Assembly (NCBI GenBank): GCA_963601185.1
Contig: CAVCEE010000012.1
Location: 8,436 to 72,435 of the forward strand
DNA: 64,000 nt
Origin: a bacterium
Lineage (GTDB): Bacteria > Bacteroidota > Bacteroidia > Bacteroidales > Muribaculaceae
Direction: 5' to 3'
Part shown: positions 10,701 through 18,057 of the stretch, piece after piece
Position numbering within the stretch: position 1 is the stretch's first letter
Layout of the letters: each line of letters starts with the position of its first letter
Notes under the pieces: model-generated
Databases searched by the model: none
What the model was told of the DNA's origin: nothing
Seen by the model: only the letters and a program-made list of their open reading frames with translations
Program-made: the position numbers and the translations under genes

Positions 10701-11131
10701 TCCTCTTCCCTGCCGACTATGTGCCGCAGGAGAGCGAGCGCATATTGCTCTATCAGGAACTCGACAATATGGAGCGGCAAGAGGATGTCGATGCCTTTTG
10801 CCATCGCCTTGAAGACCGTTTCGGCCCGATTCCCGACCAGGCGCGCGAGTTGATTCTGATTGTCACCTTGCGCCGGCTTGCCAGACAACTCGGCATAGAG
10901 AAGATTGTGCTGAAGCAGGGACACATGACGATGTTTTTCGTGTCGTCGGACAATGCCGCCTACTATCAGTCACCGGCATTCGGACGCATACTCACTTATC
11001 TGCAGCAGAACGTGCGCACCACGAAACTCAACGAGCACAACAACCGCCGCTCAATGCGCATAGAGGGCATTGCCACCGTGCAGGCCGCTACCGCCACCGT
11101 CACCGACATTCTCCAACTCCCTGCTTGCTGA
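7790..11131 (+). CDS. mfd: transcription-repair coupling factor
   Basis: 1113 aa. Superfamily-2 helicase motifs GDVGFGKTEVA and DEEQKFGV. CarD-like region DYIVHVDHGVGRF. The length is typical of Mfd. Confidence 0.9.
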   Translation: MDISELCGLLMPAARVAALSKCLKDKKIKRIKMDGLVGSAPAVVFSCLPRLKQPYLAVANDMDEAGYLYNDLCQILGEEAILIFPSGYKRDIKYGQADPPSQILRSEVLSRWGDGKLKIVVTYPEALAEKVAPRKAIEDSTLTFRKGGTADLTETAKRLRDFGFTTVDYVYEPGQFAVRGSILDIFSFANEQPYRIDFFGDDIESIRTFNIETQLSEQPVDEITVVNNLNAGTADGTSFLRFAGADTVLLLHDREWLCQRVHAVAEETLSESAVVAREGDAHAMDNVVDADQFCADVNGFRSVDYAVTNRGTHDATLTFNTSLQGVFHKNFDIISTSFKQFEADGYKICILSDSEPQFERLRSIFDDRHDEIRFTPVLRTLHEGFVDNDHKICAFTDHQIFERFHKYTLKSDRVRSGKLALSLKELSQIEVGDYIVHVDHGVGRFGGLVRTAVNGKMQEMIKLTYLNDDKIFVSIHSLHKLAKYRGKEGIEPRLNKLGSGAWNKVKERTKSKLKDIARDLIRLYAARRQEQGFAYSPDGYLQHELEASFIYEDTPDQLKATEAVKADMESNRPMDRLICGDVGFGKTEVAIRAAFKAATDGKQTAVLVPTTVLAYQHFTTFSERLKEFPVRVDYLSRARKPKDVKRILEELKDGKIDILIGTHKLIGKSVQFKDLGLLVVDEEQKFGVGVKEKLKQLKVNVDTLTMSATPIPRTLQFSLMGARDLSAINTPPRNRYPIITSVTALDDDILKEAINFELARGGQVFIVNNRIEQLFDLESRVRRLVPDARTIIGHGQMASDKLEQTIIDFASHQYDVLLATTIIESGIDMPNVNTIIINNAQNFGLSELHQLRGRVGRSNRKAFCYLLVPPEASLTPVARRRLQAIESFSDLGSGIHIAMQDLDIRGAGNLLGAEQSGFIADLGYETYQKILKEAVLELKTEEFADTFAEENASAADTSYANDCTIESDLEILFPADYVPQESERILLYQELDNMERQEDVDAFCHRLEDRFGPIPDQARELILIVTLRRLARQLGIEKIVLKQGHMTMFFVSSDNAAYYQSPAFGRILTYLQQNVRTTKLNEHNNRRSMRIEGIATVQAATATVTDILQLPAC

Positions 11132-11200
11132 TAGCCTCATTCCCAGCGCACACAGTTCTTTGGCTATTGATCTCGAATCATTTGAGGGTAATACAAAAAA

Positions 11201-11228
11201 ATAGCCGCGAGCATCTGCTCGCGGCTAT
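11201..11228. terminator. bidirectional stem-loop between convergent mfd and ompA-like genes
   Basis: atagccgcgagca / tgctcgcggctat forms a 13-bp stem. It is flanked by an A-run upstream and T-rich sequence downstream. Confidence 0.7.
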
Positions 11229-11259
11229 CTTGTTTAGCCTTTGGATTTGTCCAACCGAA

Positions 11260-12438
11260 TTACTTGCTTTCGCTGTCGTCGATTGTACAAACGCTTACGC
11301 GGTTCCAGTCAGCCTCAGAGAACATGTCACCGATACCGTTACCGGCAGCGTCGATGCGCTTAGCGTTGATTTTGTAACGCTTAACGAGGATGTTCTTTAC
11401 AGCCTCTGCACGGGCGTTGGCGATTCTTTCGTTAACTTCCTGGCTGCCTTCTGGAGAAGCGAAGCCGCGGATAACAACCTTAGCGTCCTTGTGGTTGTTC
11501 AAGTAAGTAGCGATACGCTCTACGTTAGGCAACTGTGCGTTGTCGACAGTTGATTTGCCCTTGCCGAATGTAACGACTGACTCCATTGAGCGAGTGTTGT
11601 TAGTCTGTACTTCCTTGATAACCTGAGGAGCGCGGTTCTTGAGGTTGTTGATAGTGTCGTTGAGGTCGCTGATAGTGTTGTTTGCGTCCTTAAGTTCTGC
11701 GTTCTTCTTGTTGAGGTCGCCGCGCAACTGGTTGATCTTTGCGTTGAGACCGTCGATCTCGTCTTGGTTGTAGAGGTCAGCGTAAGTGAAGTGGTGAGTA
11801 CCGTTGCTTGTCTTGAAGTGGTAAGCGATACCTGCTGTTACTTCCCATACTGCTGCGTTAGAGCTGAACACAACTGCGTTGTGCTCGTCGCGACCATCGA
11901 TGTTCCAAACAATTGCCGGCTTGAGAGCCAATGTCCACTGGCGGTCGTTGCCGAGGTTGAAACCGAAGTTCAAACCAACCTTAGTTGTCATGCAGTTTGT
12001 TGAGTGACCGTCAACCTTGTTGTAGGTGTATACGTGACCCCAACCGATACCACCGATTGCTTCGATTTCAAACAAGCGAGGTGTGCCGTTGTAGCCACCG
12101 AAGAGGTTCATAAGGTTCAAGCCACCGTTAAGAGAGAGGTTGCTTGTGTCGAATGCAGTGCGTGTGCCGCGGTTTCCGAAAACACCTGTAGTGTTTACAC
12201 CTGCAGAGAAGTCAACGCCAGCCTTGAATACCGGAGTGAACTGCTTGTAAACTTCCACGCCGAATTGACCGCGCCAGTTGTCGAAGAAATCATCGTTGTG
12301 GGTCAATGGCTGAGTTGCGCCTACGTTAAGGCCAACTGACCAGTTGTCTGTAAATTTAGTGCCTGTAAGGGCTTTGTCTGCGGCATTGGCAGAAAGGATT
12401 GATGCTGCCAAAGCAAGAGTGAAAAGTACTTTTTTCAT
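11260..12438 (-). CDS. OmpA family outer-membrane protein
   Basis: 392 aa. Signal peptide, a beta-rich N-domain, a coiled-coil linker (INQLRGDLNKKNAELKDANNTISDLNDTINNLK) and a C-terminal OmpA domain (IRGFASPEGSQEVNERIANARAEAV). Confidence 0.85.
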   Translation of the reverse strand: MKKVLFTLALAASILSANAADKALTGTKFTDNWSVGLNVGATQPLTHNDDFFDNWRGQFGVEVYKQFTPVFKAGVDFSAGVNTTGVFGNRGTRTAFDTSNLSLNGGLNLMNLFGGYNGTPRLFEIEAIGGIGWGHVYTYNKVDGHSTNCMTTKVGLNFGFNLGNDRQWTLALKPAIVWNIDGRDEHNAVVFSSNAAVWEVTAGIAYHFKTSNGTHHFTYADLYNQDEIDGLNAKINQLRGDLNKKNAELKDANNTISDLNDTINNLKNRAPQVIKEVQTNNTRSMESVVTFGKGKSTVDNAQLPNVERIATYLNNHKDAKVVIRGFASPEGSQEVNERIANARAEAVKNILVKRYKINAKRIDAAGNGIGDMFSEADWNRVSVCTIDDSESK

Positions 12439-12580
12439 TTATAATAGAATTTTTTAATTACGTATATAAGAACAATCGACTTTAGAAAAGGTTTACAGAA
12501 AATCGGATTTTTTTTCAAAAAAGGCGTTTTTTTAGACAAAACGCCTAAAAATCACTATCTTCGCACAATAAAAATTTTTT

Positions 12581-13051
12581 ATGGAAACTGCAGAAAAATT
12601 AGATAAGGTAGACATTCAGATACTTCGCACGCTTCAAGGCAATGCCCGACTTACAATCAAAGAACTGGCACAGAGCGTAAACCTCTCGTCCACGCCGGTG
12701 TTTGAACGGCTGAAACGCTTGGAAAGCCGTGGGTATATCCAGAAATACATTGCAGTGCTCAATGCCGAGAAACTCAACCAAGGGTTTGTGGTGTTCTGTA
12801 ATGTGAAGATGCGCCAAATCAACCATGCCATCGCTGCGGAGTTCACTAAAATTGTGCAGGACATCCCTGAGGTGACGGAATGCTACAACATCAGCGGCAG
12901 TTTCGACTATCTTCTGAAAATCCACGCCCCTGACATGAAGTACTATCAGGAATTTGTGCTCAACGTGCTCGGTCGCATTGAGTATCTTGCGTCAGTGGAA
13001 AGCATCTTCGTGATGGACGAACTGAAGCACGAGTACGGCATACATATATAA
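12581..13051 (+). CDS. Lrp/AsnC family transcriptional regulator
   Basis: 156 aa. The HTH region LDKVDIQILRTLQGNARLTIKELAQSVNLSSTPVFERLKRLE is followed by an RAM-type effector domain. Confidence 0.85.
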   Translation: METAEKLDKVDIQILRTLQGNARLTIKELAQSVNLSSTPVFERLKRLESRGYIQKYIAVLNAEKLNQGFVVFCNVKMRQINHAIAAEFTKIVQDIPEVTECYNISGSFDYLLKIHAPDMKYYQEFVLNVLGRIEYLASVESIFVMDELKHEYGIHI

Positions 13052-13069
13052 TAGAGGACTCCGGCATCG

Positions 13070-13807
13070 TTATTTTGAGTGCTTGGAGTGGGCAGAGCGC
13101 AGACGGTGGTGGTAGCCGCGCTTCTTGTAACTCGGTCCATTGTAGTGGTAGGCAAAATTGCTCCAGTCTTTTTTCTTCAGGTATTTCACCAAGTCGCGGT
13201 TGATGCAGAACTGCGCAAAAAGTTCGAGTTGCTCGGCCTCGGATTCCGACATTCGAGCCACAAACTCGTCAATCGTGGCGCATCCACAACTCTTCCAGTT
13301 GAATCCACCAATCTGAAACATTCCCCAAAAGGCAGCCTTGTTGGCTGCGTCGCTGCTGATTGTGCGCGCTGATTCCAAGCGTGCCCACTGGGCATTTCCG
13401 TAGCCTCCGTACTTCTTCGAGTTTACGGGGCTGAAGCAAGTGTAGCCCTTGTATTTGGCGGTGCTGATGCCAGCCTGACGGAGATTGCGGCGGAACATTG
13501 TCAGGTCGAAGTTGATGAGTGGTTTGCCCGGCGAAACAAAGCCTTGGTGCGACTTCCCAGCCTCAATCTCCACTACGGCCTTCATCGTGGCAATGTCGAT
13601 GCCCAGTTCGTTCGCCACTGTCTGGTAGTCCTCGTCGGTGAGCCGTGTGTAGCGGCTGTTGTCGATGACCTTGGTCGAGTCTGAGGCTACCGATGTTGTG
13701 TCGGCTGCCACTGCTATGTCGTCGCCGTCGGCAGGATGGTGTGGCGAGGCGATTATTGTCAGTGTGGCAACTGTAATGACGATGGCTGTAATGAAGAATT
13801 TGTTCAT
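13070..13807 (-). CDS. N-acetylmuramidase (DUF3380-type) domain protein with N-terminal membrane anchor
   Basis: 245 aa. N-terminal hydrophobic segment, then WGMFQIGGFNWKSCG...KDWSNFAYHYNGPSYKKRGYH, which I recognise as the phage-endolysin-type muramidase family. Confidence 0.7.
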   Translation of the reverse strand: MNKFFITAIVITVATLTIIASPHHPADGDDIAVAADTTSVASDSTKVIDNSRYTRLTDEDYQTVANELGIDIATMKAVVEIEAGKSHQGFVSPGKPLINFDLTMFRRNLRQAGISTAKYKGYTCFSPVNSKKYGGYGNAQWARLESARTISSDAANKAAFWGMFQIGGFNWKSCGCATIDEFVARMSESEAEQLELFAQFCINRDLVKYLKKKDWSNFAYHYNGPSYKKRGYHHRLRSAHSKHSK

Positions 13808-13990
13808 AGTTCTTGATTTGGTAGGGGAGTCGTACGACTTGCTTATTCTTATATAACGCTTATGCCGTCAAAATTGTTCAAAAACGCCGCCAATCGGCGG
13901 CGCATACTATAACAGTCCACTTTTGGCGAAAAATTGATAACCGCCAAATCCTGCTTTTTCACGACCTTTGCAGTGAAAATGTAACTGATT

Positions 13991-14791
13991 ATGTATAAAT
14001 ATATTGCATCGTTTGCGATGCTTTGCATCCTTGTTGGGTGCGATATGATTGAATATCATCCGTACGACCTCGATGTGAGCGGCGACATTGGTATCAACAG
14101 CCGCAACATTGCCTTGATAGAACAACGAATGAAGGGTCGCGACGAGTTTACGTTTGCTGTGATTAGCGACACCCAGCGCTGGTATGATGAGACGCGCGAC
14201 GAGGTGACTTCGATAAATGCTCGCGGCGACATCGACTTTGTTGTCCACACCGGCGATTTGTCGGACTTCGGTGCCAAACTCGAGTTTACCCTTCAGCGAG
14301 ACATCCTTAACAATTTGACAATGCCGTATGTGTGCATCCTTGGCAACCACGATTGTGTGGGCACAGGCGAACAGGTGTTTGAAAAAGTGTTTGGCGAGCC
14401 TAATTTTTCATTTGTAGCAGGCAACGTACGCTTCGTATGCTTGAATACCAATGCCTTGGAATACGATTATTCGTGTGCTGTACCTGATTTTTCATATATC
14501 AAGGACTGTGCGGACAATTGCCCCGAGGGAGTGGAGAAGACCATCGTGGCGATGCACGCCGGACCATTCTCGGAGCAGTTCAACAACAACGTGGCGGATG
14601 CGTTCCAATATTGCATCAGGCAGTTGCCGTCGTTGCAGTTCTGCCTTTATGGCCACAACCATCAAGTGGCTGCCGACGACCTTTTCGGCGATGGCATAAT
14701 CTATTATCAATGCACCTGCGCCAAAAAGCGCAAGTATCTGGTGTTTAAAATCAGAAAGGAGGGCTACGACTATGCGGTTGTCAACTATTAG
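13991..14791 (+). CDS. metallophosphoesterase (lipoprotein)
   Basis: 266 aa. Calcineurin-like motifs ISDTQ, HTGDLSDFG, GNHD and GHNH. Confidence 0.75.
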   Translation: MYKYIASFAMLCILVGCDMIEYHPYDLDVSGDIGINSRNIALIEQRMKGRDEFTFAVISDTQRWYDETRDEVTSINARGDIDFVVHTGDLSDFGAKLEFTLQRDILNNLTMPYVCILGNHDCVGTGEQVFEKVFGEPNFSFVAGNVRFVCLNTNALEYDYSCAVPDFSYIKDCADNCPEGVEKTIVAMHAGPFSEQFNNNVADAFQYCIRQLPSLQFCLYGHNHQVAADDLFGDGIIYYQCTCAKKRKYLVFKIRKEGYDYAVVNY

Positions 14792-15464
14792 AACACTTCT
14801 GTCTGCGTTTGTTCTTGCCTTGCCAATGGCGGTCCCGGCGCAGATTGTCACCGGCAGCCACGGCGAGTGGCGCTACGACGGATGGGAGAGGCTAAAGCCA
14901 AAAAACGCAATGGTGCAGTATGCCGGCGGTATGGGAATGATGTCGTTTGGTGCCGGGTGGGAATATGGCAAAAGGGGAATGTGGAACACTGACGTGCTTG
15001 TGGGCTTTCTCCCTCGCAGTTGTTCCGACGATTTCCGCCTTACGTTCACGCTGAAGCAGACTTGCGCCCCGTGGAGTGTTGACCTCGGCAAGGGTTTTGC
15101 CGTCGAACCTTTTGCGGCGGGACTTTATGTGACAACAATCAGTGGTGATGAGTTTTGGCGGAAAGAGCCTGGAAAATATCCAAACCACTACTATAATTTC
15201 AGTTCAAAGATGCGTTTTTCGGTATTTCTCGGACAGGGAGTTACGTTCCATCCTCGCCTTGGCGGCTTGCGCTCGGTGACAGCCTTTTATGAAGTGGGGA
15301 CAAACGAGTTGTACATCGTCAGCAAGGTAGGGAACAGTGCAGTGCGTATGAAGGATATGCTGCGCTTCTCCTTTGGTGTGAAAATGCAGATTTGCAAGCC
15401 TTACAGCAAGAGACCTTGCCGTAAGGCGGTTAGTAGACGCTCAGCAACTCCATATCGAAGATGA
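14772..15464 (+). CDS. hypothetical exported protein, possible small outer-membrane beta-barrel
   Basis: 230 aa. Signal peptide LLSAFVLALPMAVPAQ. It overlaps the upstream gene by 20 nt. Its 3' end overlaps the convergent FKBP gene by 35 nt. Confidence 0.5.
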   Translation: MRLSTIRTLLSAFVLALPMAVPAQIVTGSHGEWRYDGWERLKPKNAMVQYAGGMGMMSFGAGWEYGKRGMWNTDVLVGFLPRSCSDDFRLTFTLKQTCAPWSVDLGKGFAVEPFAAGLYVTTISGDEFWRKEPGKYPNHYYNFSSKMRFSVFLGQGVTFHPRLGGLRSVTAFYEVGTNELYIVSKVGNSAVRMKDMLRFSFGVKMQICKPYSKRPCRKAVSRRSATPYRR

Positions 15465-15828
15465 GGGTAGAGCCGCCAGGAATGCCCGGTTGAGAGATTT
15501 TGCCGTATGCCATCTCGGCAGGGATATACACTTCCCAGCGGTCGCCGACGTGCATCTGCTGCATAGCGATGCTCCAGCCTACAATAAGGTCGCTGAGACG
15601 TGCCGCTAATGGCGCTCCGCCACGGCTACTGTCGAAAGTGCGTCCGTTGATGGTGCGCCCAGTGTAGTGGGCGGTAATCACGCTTCGTGCCGACGGCTTG
15701 CGTCCGTCTTTCTTTCCGGTTGCAATCACTCGGTAGTAGATGCCTTTCGGGAGGGGCATTACTCCGCTTTCCTTGGCTTTATTGACAAGCCATTGGCGGT
15801 TTTTCTCGATGTATTCTTGTTTTGCCAT
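15430..15828 (-). CDS. FKBP-type peptidyl-prolyl cis-trans isomerase
   Basis: 132 aa. Canonical FKBP core: HYTGRTINGRTFDSS...IVGWSIAMQQMHVGDRWEVYIPAEMAYG...GGSTLIFDMELL. Confidence 0.85.
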   Translation of the reverse strand: MAKQEYIEKNRQWLVNKAKESGVMPLPKGIYYRVIATGKKDGRKPSARSVITAHYTGRTINGRTFDSSRGGAPLAARLSDLIVGWSIAMQQMHVGDRWEVYIPAEMAYGKISQPGIPGGSTLIFDMELLSVY

Positions 15829-15834
15829 AACGGT

Positions 15835-16125
15835 TTATTCAAAGATGTGCCGCAATGCGGCGATAGGGTGGTGGAAAAGCATCCGTGGTCCGGAGTAGCG
15901 CATCACTTCGCGCATGCGGCTGCGCATGTCGGGCTTGTAGCAGTGTATAGGGCAGCGTTTGCACGATGTCTTGCCGTTGCCGAACTTGCAGCGCGACAGT
16001 CGAGCGTGGGCGTAGGTGAGCAGTGCGCGGCAGTCGTCGCACAGTTCCCGGTTGCCTTCCTTTCTGCGGCAGTATAGTCGTATCATCGATTCGACAATGC
16101 GCTTCTCGCGCTCAATCTTTTCCAT
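15835..16125 (-). CDS. nitrous oxide-stimulated promoter (YgbA-like) family Cys-rich protein
   Basis: 96 aa. Cys pattern LYCRRKEG...CDDC...CKFGNGKTSCKRCPIHCYKPDMR, recognised as the YgbA-like family. Confidence 0.65.
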   Translation of the reverse strand: MEKIEREKRIVESMIRLYCRRKEGNRELCDDCRALLTYAHARLSRCKFGNGKTSCKRCPIHCYKPDMRSRMREVMRYSGPRMLFHHPIAALRHIFE

Positions 16126-16144
16126 CGGATTTCGCGTTTGGATA

Positions 16145-16171
16145 TAAAAAAAGTCGCCTTGAAAAGCGACT
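16145..16171 (-). terminator. intrinsic terminator after tRNA-Val
   Basis: Stem agtcgc/gcgact (16152-16171), followed on the minus strand by a U7 run (A-run 16145-16151 on +). Confidence 0.65.
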
Positions 16172-16177
16172 CTTGTG

Positions 16178-16252
16178 TGGGTGTTGAGGGATTCGAACCC
16201 CCGACCCTCTGCTTGTAAGGCAGATGCTCTGAACCAGCTGAGCTAAACACCC
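16178..16252 (-). tRNA. tRNA-Val (anticodon TAC)
   Basis: The reverse complement gggtgtttagctcagctggttcagagcatctgccttacaagcagagggtcgggggttcgaatccctcaacaccca folds as a cloverleaf. Acceptor gggtgtt/aacaccc; anticodon arm tctgc-cTTACaa-gcaga; T-loop ggttcgaatcc. Confidence 0.9.
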
Positions 16253-16271
16253 TTACTTCGGAAAAGCGATG

Positions 16272-16279
16272 CAAAGATA
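16272..16279 (-). promoter_or_regulatory. -7 promoter box TATCTTTG (tRNA-Val)
   Basis: The reverse complement of caaagata matches TAnnTTTG, 20 nt upstream of the tRNA 5' end. Confidence 0.5.
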
Positions 16280-16434
16280 TGGCGAATTTTTTATCCCTCC
16301 AAATTTTTCTGCAACTTTTTTCTGAGAAATTTTCGCAGGTGATGCTTATCAGCAGATAGTCAGCGAGATAAAAATTGCGAAAAAATTGCAGCATTCGGTT
16401 TGTCTCCGTTTTTGCATAATTGGCGGAAAATGTC

Positions 16435-16442
16435 TACTTTTG
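16435..16442 (+). promoter_or_regulatory. -7 promoter box TACTTTTG (purB)
   Basis: TAnnTTTG match about 43 nt upstream of the purB ATG. Confidence 0.45.
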
Positions 16443-16484
16443 CGCATATTCATTGGATATTAACAATCTTAAAAACAAAGCACA

Positions 16485-17828
16485 ATGTCTCTTTCTTCAT
16501 TGACAGCCATTTCGCCTATTGACGGTCGCTATCGCAGCAAAGTCGAGGCTTTGGAAAATTATTATTCGGAGTATGCGCTGATTCGCTATCGCGTAAAAGT
16601 TGAAATCGAATATTTTATCGCCCTATGTGAACTCCCGTTGCCGCAACTGAAAGGCGTCGACGCATCGCTTTTCCCTGCCTTGCGCGACATCTACGGCAAT
16701 TTCTCGGTAGAAGATGCGCAGCGCGTGAAGGACATCGAGAGTGTGACCAATCACGACGTGAAGGCTGTTGAATACTTCATCAAGGAGCAGTTCGACAAAC
16801 TCGGCTTGGCTGAGTTCAAGGAGTTTATCCACTTCGGACTTACTTCTCAGGACATCAACAACACTTCAGTGCCGATGCTCATCCGCGACTCTATCCACGA
16901 AGCCTACCTGCCGCTGCTCGGCGAGATGATTGACCTGCTCAATAAGTATGCCGATGAATGGAAGGACATTCCGATGCTTGCCAAGACCCACGGACAGCCG
17001 GCTTCGCCTACACGTTTGGGCAAGGAAATCCGCGTGTTTGCCTACCGATTGGAGCAGCAGGTGAAACTGTTGAAACAAGTGCCCGTCAGCGGTAAGTTCG
17101 GCGGCGCTACTGGTAATTTCAACGCTCACCGCGTGTCGTTTCCCGACTACGATTGGCGTGCATTTGCCAAAAAGTTTCTCAACGAGCGTCTCGGCATCGA
17201 GCGCGAAGAGTGGACCACACAAATTTCAAACTACGACAATCTTGCTGCCCTGTTTAACTCGATGGCACGCATCAACACGGTGATGATCGACCTCGACCGC
17301 GATATGTGGCAATATATCTCAATGGAGTATTTCAAGCAGAAAATCAAGGCAGGGGAGGTAGGCTCTTCGGCGATGCCGCACAAGGTGAACCCAATTGACT
17401 TCGAGAATTCGGAAGGCAACCTCGGACTTGCCAACGCCATCCTCGGACATCTTGCCAATAAGTTGCCGGTGTCACGTCTACAGCGCGACCTCACCGACTC
17501 TACTGTACTTCGCAATGTTGGCGTGCCTTTGGCTCACATGCTCATCGCTCTCCACAGCACGCTGAAGGGTCTGCACAAACTGCTGCTCAACGAGTCGGCA
17601 ATCAGCCGCGACCTCGACAATATGTGGAATGTCGTTGCTGAAGCAATCCAGACCATTCTGCGCCGCGAGGGCTACGAGAAGCCTTACGAGACTCTGAAGG
17701 CTCTCACCCGTACCAACGAGAAGGTGAACGGCGAGAGCATAGCCCGGTTTATCGACACTCTCAACGTTGGCGATGCGGTGAAGGAGGAACTTAAAGCCAT
17801 CACGCCACACAACTACACTGGTTTCTAA
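16485..17828 (+). CDS. purB: adenylosuccinate lyase
   Basis: 447 aa. LTAISPIDGRYRSK start and fumarate-lyase signature GSSAMPHKVNP. Confidence 0.9.
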   Translation: MSLSSLTAISPIDGRYRSKVEALENYYSEYALIRYRVKVEIEYFIALCELPLPQLKGVDASLFPALRDIYGNFSVEDAQRVKDIESVTNHDVKAVEYFIKEQFDKLGLAEFKEFIHFGLTSQDINNTSVPMLIRDSIHEAYLPLLGEMIDLLNKYADEWKDIPMLAKTHGQPASPTRLGKEIRVFAYRLEQQVKLLKQVPVSGKFGGATGNFNAHRVSFPDYDWRAFAKKFLNERLGIEREEWTTQISNYDNLAALFNSMARINTVMIDLDRDMWQYISMEYFKQKIKAGEVGSSAMPHKVNPIDFENSEGNLGLANAILGHLANKLPVSRLQRDLTDSTVLRNVGVPLAHMLIALHSTLKGLHKLLLNESAISRDLDNMWNVVAEAIQTILRREGYEKPYETLKALTRTNEKVNGESIARFIDTLNVGDAVKEELKAITPHNYTGF

Positions 17829-17842
17829 AACAGTAGTCTATA

Positions 17843-17897
17843 GTGCACAATTAAAAAGAATGTTAAAAACAACAAACCTTTTTAATTGTGCACTTTT
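17843..17897 (+). terminator. intrinsic terminator after purB
   Basis: Perfect 16-bp stem gtgcacaattaaaaag / ctttttaattgtgcac, followed by tttt. Confidence 0.7.
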
Positions 17898-18057
17898 CAG
17901 TTTGGAAAAAATAACGTTACTTTGTCAATGGAATTATGAATTAATTTGTTTGTTAAGATCTACAAGTCTAAGAAAGATTAAATCATTGACCAATAGCATA
18001 TTTTAGTAAATAAAACGCCGAGAGGCAGTATGTGAAAAATTAATAATTAGTTTTACT

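Noticed and set aside
9320-10924. 534-aa minus-strand ORF inside mfd
   Set aside because: Antisense shadow in the codon-aligned register. The mfd helicase motifs on the + strand are unambiguous.
12523-12545. Hairpin ggcgtttt/aaaacgcc in the divergent ompA-lrp promoter region
   Set aside because: It is a short 8-bp stem in an A/T-run-rich region, and no upstream gene on either strand needs termination. It could be incidental or an operator, and is not supportable as a feature.
14772-15828. 35-nt convergent overlap of the exported hypothetical gene and the FKBP gene as a possible regulatory antisense arrangement
   Set aside because: It is more likely that the C-terminal tail of the 230-aa ORF is unconstrained read-on after the beta-rich body. 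There is no independent evidence.
16083-16394. 103-aa minus-strand ORF
   Set aside because: It runs straight through tRNA-Val together with its promoter and terminator.
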